Part shown: piece after piece, positions 48,096 through 56,940 of the stretch
Layout of the letters: each line of letters begins with the position of its first letter
How positions within the stretch are numbered: position 1 is the stretch's first letter
Virus record (IMG/VR): IMGVR_UViG_3300033072_000529
DNA: 64,000 nucleotides
Direction: 5' to 3' (one strand)
DNA from: a virus
Lineage: Duplodnaviria; Caudoviricetes
Program-made: the position numbers and the translations under genes
The notes under the pieces: generated by a model
Told to the model about the DNA's origin: nothing
Database searches by the model: none
Seen by the model: only the letters and a program-made list of their open reading frames with translations

Positions 48096-48610
48096 AATTT
48101 AATTATATCACAATGTTCAATTCTGAAAATATCATACGTATCCCATAAAAGTGACGGGTTGTATAGGCGACAATCATATATGATATGGGCTTGTCGATTG
48201 GTTAAATATGCCGATTCGTCTACAACTCGTACACCAGAATAAACAACTCGTTTGGATATCACTTGTAATGTTTTCCCTGCAAGATCGGGTTTTTCAATTT
48301 TATGAACGCTTCTAATATTACCACCATATCGCTTAGAATGTTGAATTATTCTAGCCATTGCTCGGATGATTTTGTCCGACTCTTGTTCATATAGGGAACA
48401 AGATATCTCACTCGAACCCAATTCATTCCAGGCATATCTAATACCGTGTTTAGCAAGCCAACCCTCTAAAATGGCTTTATCTTGCTCGTCCATGTGTTCC
48501 CTTATCACGGTTTCCTGTGATAAGGGATACCCCACACGGGTAACTAATAGGGGATTGACTACTTTTACTCGATCCCCCCGTCTAATAACATTATCCGTTT
48601 TTTTGTGCAT
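48092..48610 (-). CDS. Hypothetical protein
   Basis: 172-aa ORF overlapping its neighbours. Confidence 0.6.
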   Translation of the reverse strand: MHKKTDNVIRRGDRVKVVNPLLVTRVGYPLSQETVIREHMDEQDKAILEGWLAKHGIRYAWNELGSSEISCSLYEQESDKIIRAMARIIQHSKRYGGNIRSVHKIEKPDLAGKTLQVISKRVVYSGVRVVDESAYLTNRQAHIIYDCRLYNPSLLWDTYDIFRIEHCDIIKL

Positions 48611-48857
48611 TTGTTATGATGTTTTTTAATTGATCCACCGTCTTCATTCCCTGAGTACGATCTACTTCTTTTCCATTTTTTAGAAAAACGATAGTGGGTA
48701 CGGCTCGAACATTGTATGGATTTTCATTGTCCACATCAATCTCCTGAAACTCTACATCAGGGAATGCTGATTTGACTTGTTCAAATATAGGTTGAAGGGT
48801 TCGACATGGACCGCACCATGTCGCGGAATTTTTGACTACTGTAATTTTGTTAGACAT
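48591..48857 (-). CDS. Thioredoxin (start re-assigned to MSNKI)
   Basis: SATWCGPC, EIDVD, VRAVPTIVFLKNGKEV. Confidence 0.92.
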   Translation of the reverse strand: MSNKITVVKNSATWCGPCRTLQPIFEQVKSAFPDVEFQEIDVDNENPYNVRAVPTIVFLKNGKEVDRTQGMKTVDQLKNIITNAQKNG

Positions 48858-48898
48858 ATGCATACCTATACCATGACTTGTATAGGTATGCAAGTCAT

Positions 48899-50203
48899 TT
48901 ATTCCGTGTATACGTGTATAATTTCCCTTAACCCAGTTTTATCTAACACTAAACATGATTGTCTAGCCCTATTATGCCAATTGTTTATATTGGCATGCTC
49001 GTCAGCCGCTAAAATAGTTGAGAACATTATAAATTCAAAGGTGTTAAATTCCAAATGTTCGAAGTGATGTTTATCCCCTTGTAGGAATAGTTTAGTTTTG
49101 ACATCATTTAACAGATGAGTATTACTCAATAATATTGATTGAACATGTCGCTCTAGTTTAGAGCCATCGGGAACGTATACTCTTTCTTTGGAGTCCGCAC
49201 CATGATCAATCATAATCAGAGTATTGTCACACTTAAAGGCAGCAGGACGAGTAGAATGGTGAATAAACTTTGCATGTTTATCATTGCTGAAATATAGGCC
49301 AATAGCTTTGAAAATAGCCATGTCTAATTCATAATGGTGATTGCCACCAACACTGTGAACTTCTATTTCCCCGAAACAATCCCGCATCCGTTGACAGAAT
49401 AATAATAAACTATTCAATGCATATTCAAATTGTTCTTCCTTGATACAGTCATATACTAATTCAGTGCCTCGTTGAGTTTTACCTAATAAAGAATGAATTA
49501 TATCACCCATTCCGATTATCACGCATTTCTTGAATTTATATTTTCTATCTTCGACTTCTCTGACAATGGAATCCGCTAGGTTTTTAACAGCTTCTACTGT
49601 TTGGGGTGTGGACCATCCCTTGTTATTAAACATATATTTGGCATTACTATATGATCCATAATGTAGATCGGATAATGCCACGACAAACACTTTATCAGAT
49701 GTTTTGTCTTGTATCGATGTTTTACTATATACAGGCTTGTATACTGGTGGAACCCATTTTGCTAAGACTGCATCGAAGGGGTCTACGTTTTTTAATTGAA
49801 AATTGCGCCATTTTTCCGCATCCTTGACATTTTGTGCCAATTGTCTTTTCTCGAATTTTATACCAATACTTGATACTTTATCATCTATCAAATCTTGTAC
49901 TATGGCATCTTCCTCCACTGTTTCTATTTTTTCGGGTGATACGGGTAAGGCGGAGCGTGTTATACCTAATGCCTTAACTATTCCTTTGATTATTGTTTCA
50001 GACGTGGAAGTTCGCTGAGCTATTTGTGCCGTAGTAAACCTATTGCTATCATAGTTGGAGTATAGCTTTAAAATGGAATCTACTTTCTTTTTTGGTATAT
50101 TACATTTATCGTTGGAATTAGATATGCCTATAAAAGTATATATCTCTTTCTTCGCATCATAGGTGTAATTGTCTTGCAGTTTGTTGCGTTTTGAGGTTGC
50201 CAT
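48899..50203 (-). CDS. Calcineurin-like metallophosphoesterase with N-terminal HTH
   Basis: LSDLHYG, MGDIIH, GGNHH, DHG, GDKHH; TTAQIAQRT HTH. Confidence 0.8.
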   Translation of the reverse strand: MATSKRNKLQDNYTYDAKKEIYTFIGISNSNDKCNIPKKKVDSILKLYSNYDSNRFTTAQIAQRTSTSETIIKGIVKALGITRSALPVSPEKIETVEEDAIVQDLIDDKVSSIGIKFEKRQLAQNVKDAEKWRNFQLKNVDPFDAVLAKWVPPVYKPVYSKTSIQDKTSDKVFVVALSDLHYGSYSNAKYMFNNKGWSTPQTVEAVKNLADSIVREVEDRKYKFKKCVIIGMGDIIHSLLGKTQRGTELVYDCIKEEQFEYALNSLLLFCQRMRDCFGEIEVHSVGGNHHYELDMAIFKAIGLYFSNDKHAKFIHHSTRPAAFKCDNTLIMIDHGADSKERVYVPDGSKLERHVQSILLSNTHLLNDVKTKLFLQGDKHHFEHLEFNTFEFIMFSTILAADEHANINNWHNRARQSCLVLDKTGLREIIHVYTE

Positions 50204-50248
50204 AAAATTGGAAAATTTATCGGATGCTTTTGAGCGTATTACTATGGA

Positions 50249-50779
50249 CTACTTAGTATCGCGGAACAATAGTAAGTGCTCCAGCAGATCATCCTTATAT
50301 AGTACACCGCTACCGAAATTAAACACAGGTATATTAAAATGCTCTGCCATGCGAAGGGCTTGTCCTGTTCCGCCTGACTCTTGTCCATTAGGAGTCCAGC
50401 ATATGATAAATGATACCATGTTATCTAATCGTGTAACATCTGGTCCTAACACTATATTGGTGTTTCGGGCATGCAAGGCTTTCCCGCCTTGTGTAAGGCA
50501 ATTCCAATTTCGATGAAAACGTTGTGCCACTTCATAGGCAGAATCCGTTATGGTATATAATGGGGAGGGATTATCCCTGTACTTTTTCCAGGGTAGATAT
50601 ATCTGCTTGTTGTCTGCATTACTCACTCCACTCTCAAAGTATTCATCTGCCCCCTCGGCTCCACCACTACGCAATATAAACCCGCGTTTCTCTAAAACGC
50701 TTGCTATGTCTTTGAATTGAGCTTGATACGGCTCTATAGGCGTGGATCGTGATCCTATTCCTGCATAATATTGCGGCAT
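50249..50779 (-). CDS. SLOG-superfamily (DprA/YspA-like) protein
   Basis: YAGIGSR, LRSGGAEGADEYFE, HARN, SGGTGQALRMA, IPVFN. Confidence 0.8.
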   Translation of the reverse strand: MPQYYAGIGSRSTPIEPYQAQFKDIASVLEKRGFILRSGGAEGADEYFESGVSNADNKQIYLPWKKYRDNPSPLYTITDSAYEVAQRFHRNWNCLTQGGKALHARNTNIVLGPDVTRLDNMVSFIICWTPNGQESGGTGQALRMAEHFNIPVFNFGSGVLYKDDLLEHLLLFRDTK

Positions 50780-50788
50780 AATGATAGT

Positions 50789-50817
50789 ATTCTACATCGC
50801 CTTTAGATTGAATGCAA
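50789..50817 (-). promoter_or_regulatory. Sigma70-like early promoter
   Basis: TTGCAT-N17-TAGAAT with extended TG. Confidence 0.65.
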
Positions 50818-50827
50818 GCTGAAAAGC

Positions 50828-51505
50828 TTAGAATACGCCAGGAGATCGCAAATCAATGTTGGTCGGGGTTAAACCTCTAGTGTCCCCACCATATTGCTGC
50901 TTCAAGAAATTAAATATCTCATGCAAATTCTGCTCATTGACATCAGATATTACCAGATTCTCCGCTGGAGTGCCATCTAATAGACAATTTAATATGATAC
51001 GAGTCCAGTAAACTCGTTTACCGTTGTCTAATTGTTCATCGCCTTTTGCAACTGCATTAAAGGCTCGAATTTTATCAATTATAGATTTACCTTTTATTTC
51101 TGGTCGTTCTGTCCATTTAGATGCTTTACCTTCATAATGATCCATCAATTTTTCAACGAAGAATAAAACGGGCAACACTATTTTGTGACGCTCGAATTCG
51201 TCTGATATTTTTTCAAATGGTATAACACGACCTTTATATCTTAACTTTTTATCATGTAAATCTTTAGATTCCGCATTAAAATATAATGCTCTAACTGCTA
51301 ATTTTGCTAATTCCAATTCCTCGGGTGCCACTGGTTCTTCGGGAACAGCAGCAACATCAGGTGCAGGGTCTTCTTGGGATACATCTATATCTCCTTCGGC
51401 ATTTGAATCAGCCATAGATGCCGCACCAGGAGGCGCAACAGCAGCTTGTTGATCCTCGTCAGCTTCTTTTATAATTGAACGATATAACCGATTGAAATGA
51501 TACAT
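50828..51505 (-). CDS. Late protein with tag HFNRLYRSIIKE
   Basis: TAAATA upstream; acidic low-complexity linker then a helical domain. Confidence 0.65.
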   Translation of the reverse strand: MYHFNRLYRSIIKEADEDQQAAVAPPGAASMADSNAEGDIDVSQEDPAPDVAAVPEEPVAPEELELAKLAVRALYFNAESKDLHDKKLRYKGRVIPFEKISDEFERHKIVLPVLFFVEKLMDHYEGKASKWTERPEIKGKSIIDKIRAFNAVAKGDEQLDNGKRVYWTRIILNCLLDGTPAENLVISDVNEQNLHEIFNFLKQQYGGDTRGLTPTNIDLRSPGVF

Positions 51506-51517
51506 ATATATTATTTA

Positions 51518-51925
51518 TTAAACTGCTGGTTTTTGATTTTGTAGTTGTGCCATATATCCCAGGAATCTAGTCATTTTATCAGGATCAGTTTGTATTTTGG
51601 CTACTCCTTGTTGAAATTTCTTAGGATCATTACTTGTTGCTAGTAAATCGTCATATTCTTTTTGTTCCACAGGATCAAGTTGTGCTTGTTGTGATGGTGC
51701 AGCAGTATTACCAGCAGTTTGTATAGGTTGACCGTTTGGACCGTTTACAGCCCCCGTGGCATGTTTCATTTGAGTCTGAGGCTGTACGGACGTACCACTC
51801 CCTTGCGATGCGTTATTTGACGGTACTTGTGCAGGCGCAGCAGTGTTGGCATTTTTAGTTTGCGGTCCAGTTAAAAAAGCTTCCTGTGCTAATAGTGATT
51901 CTAATACTTGATCGAATTTTGTCAT
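51518..51925 (-). CDS. Late Q/A-rich protein with tag KFDQVLESLLAQE
   Basis: TAAATA 6 nt before ATG 51925. Confidence 0.65.
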   Translation of the reverse strand: MTKFDQVLESLLAQEAFLTGPQTKNANTAAPAQVPSNNASQGSGTSVQPQTQMKHATGAVNGPNGQPIQTAGNTAAPSQQAQLDPVEQKEYDDLLATSNDPKKFQQGVAKIQTDPDKMTRFLGYMAQLQNQKPAV

Positions 51926-51973
51926 ATGCAATATTTATGTTATATGTACTTGCATACCAGTTCAACCTGTGAT

Positions 51974-52310
51974 TAAGTATCGACGGTGACTACACATACA
52001 AAAACGCTGCGGCACACTAAGGGGCACCGCAGGGCATGGCATCACTCTATCTCCAGTTTTATTAGTTCTGGATATCACCAATAGAGCGGTAAACGATAGA
52101 CGAGACTCATCAAACATCAAGTGTTTATGAAGTTGAAGTTTAAAGTTACATCAGAATATAAACTTACTCCATACAACCTTTGGGGTAAGGGGCATATTTT
52201 GACATGACCTAAACTTCAACCTCATAAACATCAAAATTATAATCTTTTTGATTCATAAATATTCCAAATTTATACATTATTCATAAATTTAAGGGAATTT
52301 TTCGTTTTTG
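51974..52310. other. Structured intergenic region: small stems, 109-nt imperfect inverted repeat (52122-52230) and AT-rich tract; candidate replication origin or ncRNA
   Basis: Arms TGTTTATGAAGTTGAAGTTTA...CTTACTCCA and TGGGGTAAG...TAAACTTCAACCTCATAAACA; gene orientation switches here. Confidence 0.5.
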
Positions 52311-52349
52311 TCTTGTTTTGGGCTAAAAATGTGCTATATTAGCATAATT

Positions 52350-52742
52350 ATGCTGCCTTATTCATATACCACTATGCAACCTTATGCGTTTACGCTGGTA
52401 GAGTCCTCCACTAATCCATTGATAGTTAATCTACTATATTTTGATCCAAACAATATGGCTAAAGATGTATCAGTGTCTATAGATGAGTATCTATCAAAAT
52501 CCGAGTTTTATAACAAAGGTATATATCATGTTAAAGGGAGTTTGATGTATGATATAGATTGTGGCAGAACGTTTATCGGAACCGTTCATAAACGGTGTGC
52601 ATGGCATGAAGCAAAGTGTAAAGGTAATATCCAACATGCTAAGGAAATAGCATATGAGATTTTTGAATACCTGACTCGTAGAGGATGGAAATACATCATA
52701 GATGATGAATTGATAGCAGGAAGAAAGGAAATAATATTTTAA
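52350..52742 (+). CDS. Hypothetical protein (start probably MLPY)
   Basis: First ORF of the plus-strand operon. Confidence 0.55.
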   Translation: MLPYSYTTMQPYAFTLVESSTNPLIVNLLYFDPNNMAKDVSVSIDEYLSKSEFYNKGIYHVKGSLMYDIDCGRTFIGTVHKRCAWHEAKCKGNIQHAKEIAYEIFEYLTRRGWKYIIDDELIAGRKEIIF

Positions 52743-52745
52743 TAT

Positions 52746-53210
52746 ATGTGGTACATTTATACTGATGGGGCATGTGATGTCAATGACCGTACTAAAACTA
52801 ATACGGGAGCATATGGCTATATAACCATCAATGACTCAGGTGTTAAAATAGCGGAATTCGTTCATACTGAACATAATACCACTAATAATCGTATGGAATT
52901 GAAAGCAGTTCTCCAAGTTCTGGAAGATTATGCGAATCATAAAGAAGAAATTACCATTATGAGCGATTCCACATACGTTGTTAATGCTATTAACAAAAAA
53001 TGGATTAATAAATGGCAGAAACGAAAGTTTCAAAAACAAGGTAAAGATATTCCCAATAAAGATTTATGGGAAAAATACCTTACATTAGTTAAACCTAATA
53101 TATCTTTTAAATGGGTAAAGGGCCATAGCACTAATATACATAATCAATATGTAGATAAATTGGTGTTTGGGGAAACAGTCAAAAACAAAATTAGAATAAT
53201 CAACAGATAA
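52746..53210 (+). CDS. rnhA: Ribonuclease HI
   Basis: YTDGAC, TNNRMEL, SDSTYV, NKDLW, WVKGHS. Confidence 0.95.
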   Translation: MWYIYTDGACDVNDRTKTNTGAYGYITINDSGVKIAEFVHTEHNTTNNRMELKAVLQVLEDYANHKEEITIMSDSTYVVNAINKKWINKWQKRKFQKQGKDIPNKDLWEKYLTLVKPNISFKWVKGHSTNIHNQYVDKLVFGETVKNKIRIINR

Positions 53211-53211
53211 T

Positions 53212-53679
53212 ATGAAATTACAAGTAAAAAAACTTTCTGATAGCGCAAAATTACCAACTAGAGCACATACAACTGATTTAGGATATGATCTATACACAGA
53301 TCATGATATATTGGTTAGTCATTTATCAAACAATAAACGGTGGGTCGTGGATACTAATATATCTGTTTCCTTTCCAGAGGGATGGGGTGGATTGATTATG
53401 GATCGGTCTTCTCTAGCTAAGGAGGGGTATTCTGTCCATGGTGGAGTAATCGATTCCGGTTATACTGGGCCAATTAGAATCATTTTATCTAAACCTGGAT
53501 TATCGACGAATGTCGCATGGTCTGTAACAGATGAATTTTCACAAACAGTGTTAATCCCTAAAGGATCAAAAATAGCACAATTAGTACCTCAACAGGTCGT
53601 AAATTGGACTGTAGAAGAAACAGATAATTTGGAAACTCGGGATAGAGGCGAAAAAGGATTTGGTTCCTCTGGATTATGA
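53212..53679 (+). CDS. dut: dUTPase (trimeric)
   Basis: GYDLY, DRSSLA, GVIDSGYTG, IAQLV, RGEKGFGSSG. Confidence 0.95.
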   Translation: MKLQVKKLSDSAKLPTRAHTTDLGYDLYTDHDILVSHLSNNKRWVVDTNISVSFPEGWGGLIMDRSSLAKEGYSVHGGVIDSGYTGPIRIILSKPGLSTNVAWSVTDEFSQTVLIPKGSKIAQLVPQQVVNWTVEETDNLETRDRGEKGFGSSGL

Positions 53680-53796
53680 TTCTACTACAACATAATATAT
53701 GGAAAGAATACGCATATGATAGATTGATCAATGCATTTAAACATGCATTAGACTTGACAACTAGGGAATGAATAGTACAGTTATAGTAACGACTAC

Positions 53797-56235
53797 ATGA
53801 CTAATAAAATAGAATTAAACGAGGACCAAACGAGTGCATTGGCTAAATTACAAGATTTTGTCAATGTGAGTAGAAACACGTACTTCTTATTAGAGGGGAT
53901 GGCTGGAAGTGGCAAAGCTCAACCTATTCATTCTAAAATATTGACTCCACATGGGTGGGTTAGGATGGGAGATATCCGAGTCGGGCAGGTGATATATTCT
54001 ACAAACGGTGAATGTACTACTGTTACCGGGGTGTACCCACAGGGTGCAAAACAGGTTTATAAAATATCTTTAACAGATGGGTCTATAGTGGAGTCATGTG
54101 CTGACCATTTGTGGGCAGTGTCAGAATTATCAAGGGCAAAATATAAAAACAAAACTGCACCTTTGAAAGAGTTAATGGATTATAAGATCGTTAGATCAGA
54201 CGGTGAAACACGATATAAATATACATTACCTTATAATAATACACCTATTGAGTTTGCTCCTCAATCATCGAATTTTATTCACCCCTATATATTGGGTTGT
54301 TTATTAGGGGATGGCGGTATAAGTCAAAATGTGGTAGCTCTGCATAATAATGATTTACATATAATAAATCGCGTACGCGATTTATTAATGGACGAGTATC
54401 AACTGACTAAAGAATATATATCCGATTCTGGTTTAGCAGCTAAGAAATGTATGTGCCACCGAATTGTAAATAAACATAAGATTGGACTTAATGCATATGG
54501 AAGAAACATAAATAGTTTGGGATTACGTGTGACTAGTGATTTGAAATTCATACCGGAATCATATATGAGAGCGAGTATATCGGATCGTATAGAATTATTG
54601 CAGGGTATATTTGATACTGATGGAACCGTAGATAAACGAACGGGTGTAGCCTTCATAAATAGTACATCATATAGATTATTAAATGATGTTAAAGAATTAG
54701 TGTATAGTTTGGGCGGTGCCACTACAACTATTACGAAAAGTAAAAAATCTGGATATAGAAATAAACTAGGAGTATTTATCAATACCAAGGATTGTTATAG
54801 TTTGCGTATATATTTCAATAATGGGATATATCCGTTTACGTTGGAACGCAAATTGAGATGGTTTAAACAGGCAAAGGCATATGCTTTTAATAGAAAAATA
54901 GTAGAAATAACACCATCTACTATAGAGCCATGTATATGTATATCGGTTGATCATCCTAGTAAATTATACATCACCGATGATTATATATTAACTCACAATA
55001 CTACCACTACTACTGAATTTATCAAATGGTTAAAAACTAAAACCTTGCATAATAAAATAGTCATGACTGGACCCACGCATAAATCTGTAAAGGTTATGAA
55101 GAAAATGAATACTATTCCAGGTATATCATTTAATACCTTACATTCTCTCCTAGGGCTAAAGCATCGTATTACCGCAGACGGTAGAGAAGTATATGAACGC
55201 GACAAGTATGATAAATCAAAACTACAGGAATATAGTTTCGTAGTATGTGATGAAGTATCCATGTTAAGTGATCAGTTATTCCATGAACTGAATAATCAAA
55301 ACTATACAGGTATAAAAGTTCTATTCGTCGGTGATCGTAATCAAATCAATCCTATTGATCATGTTCACAGTATTCCTATGCTACAAGATAAACGGGATTT
55401 GTATGAAATAGGGTATGCACAATTAACTAAAATAGTTCGACAAGCAGAAAATAATCCTATTATCAAAATATCCCAAAGTGTATTAAATGATAATTTTGAA
55501 TTTAAAGTGGGGGATTCTATGATGGGTGTAGATTCTGGAGTGGAAATAGTAGACTCTAAGAATGCAAAACGCTTGACCCAACTATTACAAGAATATTTCG
55601 TATGTGATGCATTCGATAAAAATGCCGATCATTGTCGAGTAGTAGCATGGAGAAATAAATCAGTCGATTATTTCAATAATATCATTCGCAAAATGAAATA
55701 TGGCAATACCTGTAGAAAAATTGTTGTAGGGGAAAAGCTACTAGCGGATAAACCTATCAAGGATATAATGGTATGTGCAGAAGAAGATGAATCAGAATTC
55801 CAAATTTTATTCAACTCCAATGAGGATTTGATAGTTCGCTCTATCAAAGAGGATGTGAAAACATTATACGGTAAACAATATTACTTTTATGAAGCAGAAG
55901 TGGAAGGGGATACTAAAGAAGGATTGATCCATATTCTAGATGAACGTAGTGAGAAAGATTATGCAACTGCCTTGAAAGCAATGGCAAATGATGCTAAGAC
56001 TGAAAAAGATTCCTACATCCGTGTCCAGAAATGGAAAAAATACTTCGGGTTCATAGATAATTTTGCACAAATCAAATATGCATATTGCTGCACATGTCAC
56101 ACTGCCCAGGGTAGTACATATGAAAATACAATGGTGTTCTACACGGATATCATAGCTAACTGGAATAATGAAGAATGCAAGCGTATATTATATACCGCAG
56201 TAACTCGTCCTCGCCATAAATTATATATTTTCTAA
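53797..56235 (+). CDS. dda: Dda-like SF1B helicase with intein
   Basis: EGMAGSGK|T, GPTHKS, TLHSLL, CDEVSM, VGDRNQINP, LTKIVRQA, TCHTAQGSTY, LYTAVTR; TTGACA promoter upstream. Confidence 0.92.
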   Translation: MTNKIELNEDQTSALAKLQDFVNVSRNTYFLLEGMAGSGKAQPIHSKILTPHGWVRMGDIRVGQVIYSTNGECTTVTGVYPQGAKQVYKISLTDGSIVESCADHLWAVSELSRAKYKNKTAPLKELMDYKIVRSDGETRYKYTLPYNNTPIEFAPQSSNFIHPYILGCLLGDGGISQNVVALHNNDLHIINRVRDLLMDEYQLTKEYISDSGLAAKKCMCHRIVNKHKIGLNAYGRNINSLGLRVTSDLKFIPESYMRASISDRIELLQGIFDTDGTVDKRTGVAFINSTSYRLLNDVKELVYSLGGATTTITKSKKSGYRNKLGVFINTKDCYSLRIYFNNGIYPFTLERKLRWFKQAKAYAFNRKIVEITPSTIEPCICISVDHPSKLYITDDYILTHNTTTTTEFIKWLKTKTLHNKIVMTGPTHKSVKVMKKMNTIPGISFNTLHSLLGLKHRITADGREVYERDKYDKSKLQEYSFVVCDEVSMLSDQLFHELNNQNYTGIKVLFVGDRNQINPIDHVHSIPMLQDKRDLYEIGYAQLTKIVRQAENNPIIKISQSVLNDNFEFKVGDSMMGVDSGVEIVDSKNAKRLTQLLQEYFVCDAFDKNADHCRVVAWRNKSVDYFNNIIRKMKYGNTCRKIVVGEKLLADKPIKDIMVCAEEDESEFQILFNSNEDLIVRSIKEDVKTLYGKQYYFYEAEVEGDTKEGLIHILDERSEKDYATALKAMANDAKTEKDSYIRVQKWKKYFGFIDNFAQIKYAYCCTCHTAQGSTYENTMVFYTDIIANWNNEECKRILYTAVTRPRHKLYIF
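53917..54999 (+). mobile_element. Ala-start (class 3, WCT) intein with LAGLIDADG homing endonuclease, 361 aa, in the Dda P-loop
   Basis: GSGK|AQPIHSKILTP...CADHLW...LGCLLGDG...LQGIFDTDG...CICISV...ILTHN|T. Confidence 0.9.
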
Positions 56236-56292
56236 GCGAAAAATGGAAAAACCATTGTTTAGAAGGAGAAATGATCATAAGTATCGAATATC

Positions 56293-56934
56293 ATGACAAC
56301 ATTAGATAACACTATAATTGTTCCGGCATTTGACCGGGACTACTGGATTGCCCAATTAAAAAAAGAAGTGGGCCTGCCCCATATACCGTATAATAAATTA
56401 GCGGAATATACCGTTGATTTTGAGTCTCCGTTTGGTTTAGGAAAAACCACCAAAAATGCCAAAGAATATGTAGATGAGCAATTGGCTCTTATTGAGGGAC
56501 AATATAGTGATGCTTCCTCTACCTTACAAGCAGAGTCTAAGGAAGCGGAATCCTGGTTGGGGTCCACTAACGGGTTGCTATCTGGTATAGCAAACGAAGA
56601 TATTCCACAACTCCAACCTATTGTACAGGAAGTGAATAAATTAAATATTCGTTACCTTGATGTCAGAATAGTGGATATGAATTATACCGTCATAATAAAC
56701 GATGACGGTACTAGAGATAAACTAGATCAAATAAACAGTGTTATATATAGTCCTTGGTTTATAAAGGAACGTAAGCACACTGAGCTTACACAATTAGAAA
56801 ACTTTATAAGTTGGTATCAGTATTCCAATGCTGTTCAGCTTGTGCCAAAACCTAAGAAAGATGTTCGGGATTTTGAGGATATTACCAAGTCTATGGATAC
56901 CATATTTGACGGTATTAAGTTGGAGGGTTTTTAA
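56293..56934 (+). CDS. Hypothetical protein
   Basis: 213 aa; TAAGTA upstream. Confidence 0.6.
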   Translation: MTTLDNTIIVPAFDRDYWIAQLKKEVGLPHIPYNKLAEYTVDFESPFGLGKTTKNAKEYVDEQLALIEGQYSDASSTLQAESKEAESWLGSTNGLLSGIANEDIPQLQPIVQEVNKLNIRYLDVRIVDMNYTVIINDDGTRDKLDQINSVIYSPWFIKERKHTELTQLENFISWYQYSNAVQLVPKPKKDVRDFEDITKSMDTIFDGIKLEGF

Positions 56935-56940
56935 TATATT

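Noticed and set aside
52122-52230. Long hairpin as a retron msd, MITE or simple terminator
   Set aside because: No reverse transcriptase nearby, no convincing target duplication, and it lies between divergent genes without a U tract.
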